Positions 25,469-36,875 of a stretch of 64,000 nucleotides of DNA are shown piece after piece. Position numbers and translations under genes: made by a program. Below the pieces are notes generated by a model. That model made no database searches, was not told the origin of the DNA, and worked only from the letters and a program-made list of their open reading frames with translations. Source of the stretch: Callorhinchus milii (Eukaryota); the NCBI RefSeq assembly GCF_018977255.1, contig NW_024704743.1, positions 44,704,001-44,768,000 on the forward strand, written 5' to 3'. Position 1 is the stretch's first letter. Each line of letters begins with the position of its first letter.

Positions 25469-25879
25469 GTAGGCCGGGTGGGAGGGGCTTCTAATATATG
25501 GTGATTTGTAATAGGATTTCTCAATAAACATTAGAAATTATTACCCGACTCTCAGGGACCTGGTCGACTTTCGGAGCTGAGTTCCCGTGGGTTGGTGTGA
25601 TGTGTGTGATATAGTACTTCCTGTTACCAGAAGAGATCTTTAATTATTTACCTTATTAAGGAATCCCTTTAGAACTCAATGCATATCAGATATTATTGTC
25701 TCCAGCAAAGCAGGCTCCCTTAGTTATAAGTGTTTCAAACAGTAAATGTGGCAAAGATAATTAGACTTGATGGTGCTTTCTAAACATAATGTTAATTATT
25801 TTGCAATACTCAGTATTACAGTATAAGGTAAAGCATTTATTAAACTAGAAAAAAGAAACAACAACTTGTATGTTTGGAG

Positions 25880-25950
25880 GTCAGCTGGGTATCTGAGACA
25901 TGCAAAAACCCATCACTAAGCTTAAGAATATCCAAACCAAACCGAGAATA
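25880..25950 (-). mobile_element. Family X extreme 3' end
   Basis: GTCAGCTGGGTATCTGA..CCCATCA..TTAAGAATATCCAAACCAA matches 51930-51995. Confidence 0.7.
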
Positions 25951-26099
25951 TATAATAATAATAATCCTTGCATTTGATTCAGTGCCTTATCGCCACTTCG
26001 AGACGTCTCAAAATGTTTAACAGAATATACTCTAAAGTGAATTGACTGTGTATTATGTGGGCGAAAATACAACGCTCCCTCACATAGGATAACGTCTGA

Positions 26100-26265
26100 G
26101 ATCACTTCCCAATAACGGGATCGCATTCCTTCCCCAATGGTGCGATTCCATAGGCGCCAGCTGTCCTCTGGTACACTGCCCAAATGCATGTTAATCATGT
26201 GGGACCTTGATTCCAGCCACACTCAGCAACAAATGCATGCAATTTCCAGCAGAGGGTGCTCCAAG
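26100..26265 (-). mobile_element. AmnSINE2-like ancient SINE fragment
   Basis: Reverse complement CCCTCTGCTGGAAATTGCATG..TTGGGCAGTGTACCAGAGGACAGCTGGCGCCTATGGAA resembles the recalled AmnSINE2-type body. Confidence 0.5.
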
Positions 26266-26399
26266 CTAATCCTTTGAAGAATTACATCCAAAAATTTCTT
26301 GGAAATAAATTAACTGGAAAATCAAGAGCAAAGTAGAAATGTGTCTAACCATCTAAGGGCAATTTATTTCCCTGGCTGAAACATCTTGCCCAAGAATCA

Positions 26400-26635
26400 A
26401 CAACAACAACTTGCATTTAAATAGCGCCCCTCATGCAGGATAACGTCCCAGAGAGCTTGACAGGGGCAGAGCACGACTCTGAGCCGGAGCGAGGGGTAAG
26501 ACCGTAGGTACGGTCGAAGAGGAAGGTCTTCAGGCACGATGTGAAGATGGGGAAGGAAGGGGCAAGGGGGAGAGATAGAGGACGAGTGTACTAGAGTTTC
26601 GGGGCACAGTGGCTGAAAGTGTGGCCACTGATGGA
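26400..26635 (-). mobile_element. L2 3' fragment
   Basis: (CAA)n, hairpin and purine-rich 3' UTR. Confidence 0.75.
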
Positions 26636-27006
26636 ATCCGTTATAATCCGTTAATTTCGGCAGCTCATTCTCAAAAGTAGTTCAACCACTAAATCAGACA
26701 GGGAGCGATCACAAGATCAACACCATGCACTTATTTAGCACATTTTAATGTGGGATGAACTTCTCAAAGAGCACATGCTTTGGAGCACACTAGTTGACTG
26801 ATTTTGAATGGCACTGACTAATTTGCACTGGAGGTTGAAATGCATCTGAATATTGAAGGACACTGCTGAATTGAGGCATTTACTAATTCAATCCTGGGAG
26901 TAGATCTGCAAGTCATTCTCTAATATAAATTTAAAAAATTACCAGATGTTAAATTATAGGCTAGACAAGGAAAGGGGCTGTGCGTGCCTGGAAAAAGGTC
27001 TGTGTA

Positions 27007-27170
27007 CGAGTGGGGCTGAGGCTGTGTGAGTGGGGCTGAGGCTGTGTGAGTGGGGCTGAGGCTGTATGAGTGGGGCTGAGGCTGTGTGTGTGGGGCAGAG
27101 GCTGTGTGAGTGGGGCTGAGGCTGTGTGAGTGGGGCTGAGGCTGTGTGAGTGGGGATTGAGGCTGTGTGT
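27007..27170. repeat. 20-bp minisatellite (GAGTGGGGCTGAGGCTGTGT), about 8 copies
   Basis: Direct reading; it produces the repetitive THTASAP/QPQPHSHS ORFs. Confidence 0.95.
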
Positions 27171-27214
27171 GAAGAGAATGGGGCTGTAGAGTTTGAGTGA
27201 TGTGTCCGGGTGTT

Positions 27215-27494
27215 TGTATACATGTCTTGGGGACATTTGGTAACCACGCAGCATGGTACCTATCTGGCGGGGAATGTCATACCTGTTAGGGCTTTGGCTA
27301 GCCATGTTCCGTCAGTCTGCCTCGGATTACTGTGGACCTGCCTGACTTTGTCAGGTCTGCCCCAGGGCGGATCAATTTAGACATGTTACTTATTGTACTA
27401 ATCTTCAAAAGGTAAATGGTTGAGAGGACCAACTGAGATTCAAACGCATAACTTTTGGTTTGAAGTCTTAATACTCAACTGTCTGAGCTACCTG
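27215..27494 (-). mobile_element. Old tRNA-headed SINE sharing core blocks with family X
   Basis: Reverse-complement head GGTAGCTCAGACAGTTGAG..GCGTTTGAATCTC (A/B-box-like) followed by four colinear family X blocks. Confidence 0.55.
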
Positions 27495-27759
27495 AAATAG
27501 AAGCCATACTGTGGGATAAAAGAGCAAGTTCAACTTCAAACTCACCTCAGTGTAATTCAAAATATCACCAATCAGTGGCGCTGTTTGTTTATTCTATCCT
27601 CAGTTTTTTAATATTTGTTTGAAAATACTCTATGGGTGAATTTCTCTTCCCATTCTTAAGTTGGCGACCTCTAATGTGCCTTAAGAATGCACATTCACTT
27701 TAACTCTTACATAAAACAGTAACATAAATATCAACATAAAGCATGCCTAATTTAAGTGT

Positions 27760-28270
27760 GGCTCACACGGTAGCACTTAACAAAAACAACCCAAGTTGTA
27801 TTTATATACTGTAGCACCTTTCACCCGGGGTAGTGCCTCAGAGTCAGAGATAAGTTTGTCTCTAAGTCTAAAGGTTGTGGGTACAAGCTTCATGTTGAGC
27901 CTTTGAGCCTAAAATCTAATCTTGGCCGACAAGCCAACTCCAGTGCTGCGGAGATTGTCAGAGTTGTGGTCATCTCGATGAGATGTTAATCAAGGTCCCA
28001 TTTGTCTGTGCAGGTGGTAGTTAAAGTTCCCCTGGCATTATACAAAAAGTAAAGGGAGTTTCTTCCAGTGTCCTGGCCAACAATCCCTCAGATACAATTG
28101 GTCATTCATTTTCTGGCTGTTTGTGGGACATTGCTGTGTGCAAATTGGCTGTTTCTTTTATCTACAAAATACAGAGTCACTGCACTTTACAATAAAATAT
28201 CCTGTGAAGTGCTTTGAGATGTTTAGATGACTTTCTTAAGGCACTAGAACAGATGCAAGGATTATCTTTA
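27760..28270 (+). mobile_element. Deu-domain SINE with an L2 tail inserted in its head
   Basis: Head, core CAGGTGGTAGTTAAAGTTCCCCTGGCA..GTGTCCTGGCCAACAATCC, tail. Confidence 0.8.
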
Positions 28271-28974
28271 TTATCATATCTGAATATGAAATAGAACCAT
28301 AAAGAAAGCATAAGTTCTCTGAGATATTCTTTTATAGAATGCAAGTTGTTGAGATTTGAAAATACTATGAAAAGATTAAAAGATTTCAGTAGGTGTTTGA
28401 TGTTGAATGTTGCAATATTCAAAACACTGTAGTTAGACTCTTTAAAACCTAATTGATATCGAACTGCATTGTGTATTTGAGGTACTTCAAGTATTGCTCT
28501 GAGAGCCAGTGAAGACTTGTTCCTTCTGTGCTGTAAATGTCTATGATTCTAACATAACAGTGCATAGACTGGGAGATGACAAAATGTAGAATGTGCACAG
28601 TAATTTTTGTCTCATGTCTCCATGAGCTAGCAGGGCTATATGTAAGAGTACCTGAAAAACAACTACAATTTACATTTGATTCGTGTATCACAGAGGAAAA
28701 TATCATAAAACACTTCACAGAGATGCAGTGAGAGCTTGGGCTGGGGGAGAAATTGGGTGGGGAGTGGGAGGAGAAGGGGGTGGGATGGTCAGGAGTTGGC
28801 CAAAGGTGCAGTAAAAGTGGTAGATTTACAGACAGGTTTTAAATTTAGAGAGGGAAAAAGTGAAAGAATTAGAGAGAAAGTTCTAGGGAACAAAGGTTAA
28901 GTGGTTGAAAGCTCATCCTCCGATGGTAGGCGGAGTACAAGCAGTTATTTGAGGGTATAACAATAGCCTTCATA

Positions 28975-29345
28975 ATATCACAAGATTAATCGAGGTGAAG
29001 AAGGCCCTCTGGCTCATTTGATCTCATCCTTCCAGAAATCTCATCCCACTGTCTTTCCATCACCTTGTCAAGCTTTTTAAAAATCAATCCGATGTGCTGG
29101 TCTCAACAACACTTCCTGGCAACCTGTTCCAGTTACCCTATGAATAAAGAAATACTTCCTAGTACCAAGAACTCTGGGACTCTACCCTGCATGACTGGTG
29201 CTATATAAATGAAAGTTGTTGTTGTTGGTATATGCCCTGAAATTGCCCTTTGCAACTCTAAACCTATGTCCTCTTGTTCTACTGTCTTGGAACATCCTAA
29301 AGTATTGCTTAACTTTTCAATCCCATTTAAAATGTTATACACCTA
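28975..29345 (-). mobile_element. CR1-type 3' fragment (tail ..TCACAAGAT subfamily)
   Basis: Matches 33565-33900, 52740-52870 and 62100-62170; the 33565 copy continues into CR1 ORF2 C-terminal sequence. Confidence 0.7.
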
Positions 29346-30175
29346 TGCTGCTCCGTATCCTTTGGACTCACTTCCAGCACTGGGTCATCTCATAGCTATG
29401 TACACAAAGTTCACAGAAATCTAACTGGGATGAATCTGCCAGTCTCCCCGTGCCCCACACCCTCCCTCTCCCAAATCAGGACTACAGTTATAATTTGTGA
29501 TTTTCACAGCAAGGAATGTAGCTTCCTCAGGCTTCTGAGCAGATAAAACAACATGATCTTTTGGGTTGGCACAAAAGTAACTTCAATGTGAACTGTTTAT
29601 CCTCTCCTGCAGCACATAATGTTTTCCAAAAATTATTTTTCAGTGGCTTGGGACGTCCTTTCCACATGAAAGATGCTATACAAACGTAATTTCTTATTGT
29701 TGTTGTTTCACCGAAGATCATTACTTGGTGGATTGGAATGTGCAGGATAAACAGAGTTACCGATTCAATAGTAGCTCTTTACACAAGACCCTGATTTTTT
29801 TGTTCTTGAGTGAAGCTGGTGTCCTGCAAACCAGCAGTTCAGTGCCTCGGGCTGGCAGGTCTAATGGAGCCACTATGGCCAAGTTGGGGACAGGGAGGGA
29901 GGCCCACCTGTAACCAATCTTTACCGAGAAAATTCAGTCACTACATTTTACACCGAAAGTCAATCCTGTGAAGCATTTTAATATTTTCTCCTGATGTGAA
30001 AGGTGCTGTATCAAATGCAAGGATTATTATTAATATTTAGTATATATTGTCACTAAGTTATCAACTGGCCCATTTAACAATTATGTGATAATTATCACCT
30101 GTGATAATTAACATTGCACTGTCATGGACTGATTCCTTGCCATTTCACTCCTTGTGACACATCACAGTCTGTATT

Positions 30176-31040
30176 TGTGTCAGTCTGGCTTCATTGGTAG
30201 CACTCTCACCTCTGAGTAAGAAGGTTGTGGGTTGAAGCCCTACTTCGGGACTTGAACTCACATAGTCTAAATTCACTAGAATATTACCAGGTTTAAAAGG
30301 GTTAAGTTACTAGGAAAAGCTGTGTAAACTTGGATTGCATTCCCTTGAGTTTAGAAGGTTGAGGGGTGATTTGATTGAGGTATTTAAGATGATAAAGGGG
30401 TTTGATGGGGTAGATACAGAGAAGCTATTTCCTCTGATGGGGGAATCCAAAACAAGGGGGCAGAGTCTTAATAGAACCAGGCCATTTAAGAGTGAAATCA
30501 GGAAGCATTTTTTCACTCAAATGGTGGTAGAAATCTGGAATTCTCTCCCCCAAAATGCCTTCAAGAGTGAGGTTGATAGATTTTTGGTAGGTCAGAGTAT
30601 TAAGGGATATGGGGAGAAAGCGGTAAAATTGAAATTGAAAGGATTAGTTGAGGTACAGATCAGCCATGATCTAATTAAATGGTGGAACAGGCTCGAAGGG
30701 CTGAATGGCCTCCTCCTGTTCCAATGTTCCTATGTTGACATTCCAATGCCATCCTGGAGTTTGTTTCATTGTTCGAGGTGCTATCCTATGGATAAGACAT
30801 TAAATTCAGGCCTTGTCTGCCTGTTCAGATAAACATTAACAATCCCTGGAACTACTCAAAAAGAGAAAGGAGTTTCTCCCGGTATACTGGCCTACAATTC
30901 TCCCCCCAAATAATTGGACAATCATTTAATGGCTGTTTGTGGGACATTGCTGTATGCAGTAAATCCTGTAAATTGCTTTGTGACATCCTCTCAATTTGAA
31001 ATGCGCTGTACCAAATGCAAGGATCGTTACTATTATTGTT
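30176..31040 (+). mobile_element. Deu-domain SINE interrupted by a CR1 3' fragment
   Basis: Head 30176-30275; core and tail 30736-31040. Confidence 0.8.
30283..30735 (+). mobile_element. CR1 3' fragment, same subfamily as 13079-14040
   Basis: ORF SLEFRRLRGDLIEVFKMIKG..KHFFTQMVVEIWNSLP; tail TTCCAATGTTCCTATGT. Confidence 0.92.
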
Positions 31041-32709
31041 AGTAGTAGTTGTTGCATCCATAAAGCTGAGCTCCATATTTGAAACTGTTCAGAAGCACTC
31101 TGTAAAAAAATCAATTTGAAATTTGCTTATTGCTGTGCAGTTTCTGACTCGCAAGATTTCTTTTGTTCTTTTAACCTGCAAGCCGTTAATTATACTAGAT
31201 TTCAAGCAAAGCTGATAAACTCCTTTTAGCTGACTTTCTGCTGCCTCCCTGCCTTATCCCAGTTCCCCAGCAGCTAGCATCTCTCTGCTTAGATATTTGT
31301 GATATTTGTAGCAAATATCACTAAAGATCACATGGGAACATTCAAGCAATGCACAAGGACAATTATCATATGGAGAAATCATTAAGAAGCAAAAGGAGAT
31401 AAAGACACACTATTGCTGCTGGGAATGTTACAACACTAACACTTATGGAAATTTATTGGAAGTAAATTGCAAAAGCTGCTTGTAGTTTACTGAAAAACAT
31501 AAGTTATTGTCGTTTGGATCTCGGACTGTTCACACTGTTAAAGGGCCCCTTGGAGTTTCCCTTGTCATTTACTATGGGTGCATTGCAGTCCCTATCTTTA
31601 GATATTCTGAGGGTGTTTATAAAGTAAATTAAAGATAAATGTATTTTAAATCAGATAATATTCATTTCTCTGTTATTGACCAGTCAAGCAATATTTTTTA
31701 ACTGAATCCAGGATAATAGGAATGTATTTTCGTTTTGTGGATATGAATGTTAATTTTACCATGTCAAAGACAGGGTCGACAGAAGTAAATATTCAAACAA
31801 TAATTCATATGGGAGAATTGTCACCTAAAGGCCCACAATCACATATGCTCCATAGAACTGTAAGAAACTCGTTCTCAACAGTGACAGTAAGTTCCAATGG
31901 TTTGAAGAATTGTGTTCTTGATATAATGTCCACAATAAGCCTATGGGTGAGATAGTTTCTGTGAAACTGTTCCCGTGCTGAGAAATTTACAGAAACATTA
32001 TCCTATTTTGCTCGAGCAGCAAATTCTGCTGGATTGGGTAAGACATGATGAATCATATTTACATGAGAGCTTAGCGTAATAAAGATATACCAACATGTGC
32101 TGTATGTAAATAGAAATCTTGGTGCATTGGAGCAGGTGTACGCCATTTGGCACTTCAGGCTAGCTCTGTTATTTCATTAGATCTTGATGGCTCTTTATAC
32201 TGTTAATCCCATAAGAATGTGGGAACAGGAGTGGGCCATTTAGCCCATGATGTCTGTTCTGTCATCTTATCTAATGGGCTTATAATACGTAACATATATG
32301 AATGTTGGGCACATGTGCAACTTAAAAAAACAAATCCTCTACATGTCTAATTTTCAGTCACACCATTTGCAGTATTTCTTATTGGGATTTTCATTAGAAT
32401 TCCTGTTGATCTGTCAAACTCAGCCCTGGAAGTTGGTCGCTATGAAGTTTCTGTGGGACCGACTGACATATTGACAGTCCTCGCTTGTGCAGCACAACAG
32501 ATAAGGAATACTGTTAAACAATTACTACAAATTAGATCCCATCGTATCTCAAGTCTCATCCAATCGAGTTTCCGCTGGCAGCCAATGGTTTAATGTCCAT
32601 TATTTAAGCCTACACACTACTGAGCTAATGATTTGGAAGGACATTGTAACCACTACTCTGTGAGAAAGCAAACTCTTCCCATCTCACTTGAAGTCTGTTC
32701 ATTCTAAAT

Positions 32710-33560
32710 CTGTGTTAGCCTGGCTCAGTTGGCAGGACTCACACCTCTGAGTTAGAATTTGTGGCTTGAAGCCGCAAATCGAAATTTTGAACTCATATAA
32801 TCTAGCTTTACACTCCAATGGCGTGCTGGAGGTGTTATCATTTGGATGAGACACTAAACCGCGTTCCCATAATAATAATCCTTGCATTTGATACAGCGCT
32901 TTTCACATCTTCTAGACGTCTCAAAGCCCTTCACAGAATACATTGTAAAGTGAACTGACTGTATATTTGTGGGCAAAACGTGGCAGCCAATTGTGCACAG
33001 CAGTGACGCACAAACAGACGTGGATTAAGTGGATTGTTTTTTTTGAGGAATTATTATCTCCGAAAAGCGATCCACCAATCGACTAACAACCGGGTTCCCA
33101 CTTACTGCTAAGTAAACAGAGGATTGTGGAGTAAGGAAACTTGGCCAACGTTTTACCCTGCTGGGAATAGAACCCAGGTCTCTCACTTGCGAGGCGTGTG
33201 CTCTAACCGCTGAGCTACAGGACGATGGCACTATTGAACAACAACAACAATTTGCATGTATATAGCACTCTTCACATGGTGTGATGTTTTGGAGTGTTTA
33301 TTATTCAAAAAGAAGGGAGTTTCTCCGGTGTCTAGATAAAATTGCTCATTCATTTCATGGCTGTTTGTGGGATAGCGCAAATTGGCTGTTGTGTTCACCT
33401 ACAAAATGACTACAACAACAAGATTACATTTGTATAGCGCCTTTCACGTCGGGAGGACGTCCCAATACACTAAATCCAAAATGCAAAATACATTAAAACC
33501 CGTGAAGGTCTTTGAGACATCCTCCTGACATGCAAGGCACTTTATCAAATACAAGGATAA
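32710..33560 (+). mobile_element. Deu-domain SINE hosting a minus-strand family A SINE and two L2 tails
   Basis: Core interrupted at ..TCCCAT|ATGGCACTATT by 32870-33223; further tails at 33237-33298 and 33412-33470. Confidence 0.75.
32870..33223 (-). mobile_element. SINE family A, long form
   Basis: Full reverse-complement copy from (TAA)n to CTGAGCTACAGGAC. Confidence 0.9.
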
Positions 33561-33564
33561 TTCA

Positions 33565-34170
33565 AAAGATCACAAGATTGGTTGATGAAAAAGACCCATC
33601 TGATCTAATCCTTCCAGAACACTCACCTTACTGTCCCCCACCACTGCATCAAGCTGCTTTTTAAATGTTTTGTGTCCTGGCCTCTACCACATTTCCTGTC
33701 AACCTGTCCCGGCCTTGATTACTCTCTGTATAAAGAAAAACTACCTGGTATCTGTATTGAAATTGCCCGTTACAACTCTAAACCTATGTCCTCTAGTTCC
33801 ACTGTCATGATAATAATAATTATTATGATACTTCCTGAAGTATTGATCTGTGTTTAATTTTTAAATCCCATTTAAAATTGTGTACACCACTATATGATCC
33901 CCTCTGAGTTATCTTTTCTCAAGACTGAAGAACCCCAGCTTGTCTAATCGTTGCTCATAGCTTATTCCTCCAACACTGCGAATCATCCTCATTGCTCTCC
34001 TCTGCACCACCTTCTAGGGTCTGGGCAGCCGCCTTGCGTCTCGGTGACCAGAGCTGTTTGCAGTATTCTGGGTGTGGGTCTGCCTGGAGTGCTATACAGC
34101 CTGAGTCTGACGTTTACCGATCTAAACTCAACTGATTTAGTAAAAACCCAGCATCCTGTCCAGATTATTT
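33565..34170 (-). mobile_element. CR1 3' fragment
   Basis: Reverse complement encodes LYSTPGRPTPRILQTALV-type degenerate CR1 C-terminal sequence plus the 3' UTR. Confidence 0.7.
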
Positions 34171-34940
34171 ATTATAATTAGCAAACTGGTTGAAACCACA
34201 CTATTGGTTTGAGCAGTGACACCAGCTGCAGGATTTCAGCAGATGCATTACTGGCAAAGTGTGGCCAGAAAAGAAAGCGAATGTTGAATTTCATGTAGCA
34301 GTACTCTGTATTAGTGGGATGCAACTGCCCATTTGTGGATATGTGCTTCCAATTTGTAAGTGTCTGGGCCAATCTTAAATCTGCAATGATCCTATTTGGG
34401 TATTCTTAAATTTACCCAAATCTGACCCCATTCATTCCTTGATTCGGTTCAGAGTTCTTTCCTCGTCTCACAGAATGTTTAGCAGTTGTGAACTAACAGT
34501 AAGCTTTGCTGGAGGGACAGCATGTTACATTCTTTAATCCACTTTTGATCTCTTGGAGCCAAAGGAAATTTCAAATGTAGCAAAAACTGGCTGTGTGACA
34601 CCCGCTTGCCTTTTCGAGGAAAGCATTACTTTCATTATGTAGGAATGTCTATTCTTTTCCTTTTAGAAATTGAATGTAGAATAATTCACATTCCATTTTG
34701 ATTTAGAACATTCTTTTATAGTGTATTCCTAGTTATGCTTTTCTAAAGATAACATTTCTGTACTTTGCTGAAAGTAAACACTGAATAACTGAGGTACATA
34801 AAGCTAAATGTATAAACAATAGAGTTTAAAATGTGGCGATTTCTAAAGGGATTTCTTAATAAGGATTCCAATTTGCAAATAGGCACTCTGGCTGTCAGAA
34901 GTATGGAATGCCATTTCACTGGAATCCTGCTCTAACTCAA

Positions 34941-35533
34941 TTTTTTTTTGGTCAGCCAGGTATCTAACACATGAGCAAACCCATCATTACGAGTACTAAG
35001 CCAAACTGAGAGTTCCATGTATCCCACCAGTACATGGAAGTTCCAGAGATGTTTGTTGGAATGGAAGTGTACTCTCTCACTGGAGGGACACATCCTGCTT
35101 ACCTAATTCCAAGAAGTATTTAGAACAGGTTGGCAAGAGACGAAGCTTGGGGACCCCGAAGTGTGCGTTGAGGTACTGCTGGAGTCTAACCAGCTAAAAC
35201 CGCATAGCTTGCCATTGAGAGCATTGTCTGTCAAGCTCTCCTGCTGATTATCCAGCTAGGACCACTCTACCTGTTAAGGCTTAACAGGAGGTGAGTGGGA
35301 AGCGTCTCTGCCCCAAGTGACTGCTCTGCCCTTCCAAATCCAGTAGACTAGCTAGGCTGGTATGGGCTGTTATCAGCAATGCCCTGGGATACTGTGGACC
35401 CATCTGGCTCAGGAACTGGACGACTGAAAACATCACATGGATTGCACTTGATTCTGACAATCTGTTGCCAAACATGTCATCTTGGAGCCAGTTCAGCTAC
35501 AAGGAGTCCCCACTTAGCTCCTCCCAAGGAGGA
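34941..35533 (-). mobile_element. Family X copy with poly(A) tail and 11-bp TSD
   Basis: T9 run then GGTCAGCC; flanks CTCTAACTCAA (34930-34940) / CTCTGACTCAA (35534-35544). Confidence 0.85.
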
Positions 35534-36464
35534 CTCTGACTCAAGACATCAGTACCTCTGGATCTGTCCAAGAGCTCCTGGACATTGAGAGAACAGATTA
35601 AATCAGAAAATCATGGAACTTTTGTAGCAAAGGAAGCCATTTAGCCCCCATTGTCTCTGTCTCTTCTGGTACTGATATCCTCCCACTGGAGTTGCCTCGT
35701 CTAATCTCAATTTATGTGCTCTTTCTCCCTCATCTTTAAAATTGCTTTTTACCCTTGGTCACCCTCCTACCCCCTATCCTCCCTGCCCTCCACCCTTCCT
35801 GATTCCAACAACCAGCTCAGGACCAAATCTCTAACTGTCCGGTATCTTGGGATATCCTCCCGACATGAAAGGGGACATGAAAGATTACAAATCTAATTTG
35901 TCATTGTTTTTCTTCAATTATTTAGCCAATTCCTTTTAGATGCTGTGAGGGACTTCAACAGATTGAATCAGATTGGAATAGCTTTGTGCCAAGTGTTGGA
36001 AATAGGAAATGTCTTGCAAAGTTTATTTTCCTGGTTTTGACAAATTTGGTAAGTGTTTTAGAGTTATAGAACCATAGAATTCATGGCACAGAAGAAAGCC
36101 ATTCAGCCCATCGGGACTCTGCTGGCTTCCTCAAGAGCAATCCTTTCAGTCCCATTTACCTGCCCTTTCACCATTACGCATTCTCAGAGCTTGAGAAATG
36201 TTTTAAAATTCTGCTTGTTCTTTGCTTGGAAGAATAATATTTTTCAAGAAACTTTACAAAAAAATCATTTGAGCCAATTTTTTAAAAAAAAATAGTGACC
36301 ATATTTGCTCCTGAAAGTGCCTCCTGGAAACGTGCTGAAAATGATCTCTGTATTAGAACAAGCATTCACTGGCCAAGAAAAACATGGGTAGATACAAAAT
36401 GAAGCTCCCTCCATTCTGCCCCAACATTGTGCCTCAGACCTAACTACAGAAGAGGACTCTACAA

Positions 36465-36875
36465 TACAATACAATTTGCATTTATATAGCGCCTGTCATG
36501 ACTCAAATTATTTAGCTGCTTTGGGACAGGATGTCTCAAACCGTAACCATGGTCAGGCATCCCAGCTGGGGGTGGGAACCGAGGGGGATGGGGAGGGAAA
36601 AGATGACCAAAAGCTCCATCAAAGAAGTATGTTTTGAGATGTTCCTTGAACGAGGAAGAGAGGGAGGGAGTCTGAGGTACTCTGGGATGGAATTTCAGAG
36701 AGCAAGGGCAGATAGCTGAAAGGTGGTCCATTGATGATGGGGTGGATCAGGCAGAGGGCATGATGCAAGCTAGTGCTCACTGAGTGAAGGGAGCAACCCA
36801 GTCGGTTGAGTTGAAGGAGTCACAGAGGTAAGTGGGGCAAGATCGTGGAGGGATTTCAAAGTGACGGATGAACAT
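36465..36875 (-). mobile_element. L2 3' fragment (third subfamily, ACAAT tail)
   Basis: ORF SLSSSFKEHLKTYFFDGAF; tail TACAATACAATACAATTTGCATTTATATAGCGCC. Confidence 0.75.

Noticed and set aside
26954..27305. Repetitive His/Pro/Gln ORFs
   Set aside because: Translations of the 20-bp minisatellite.
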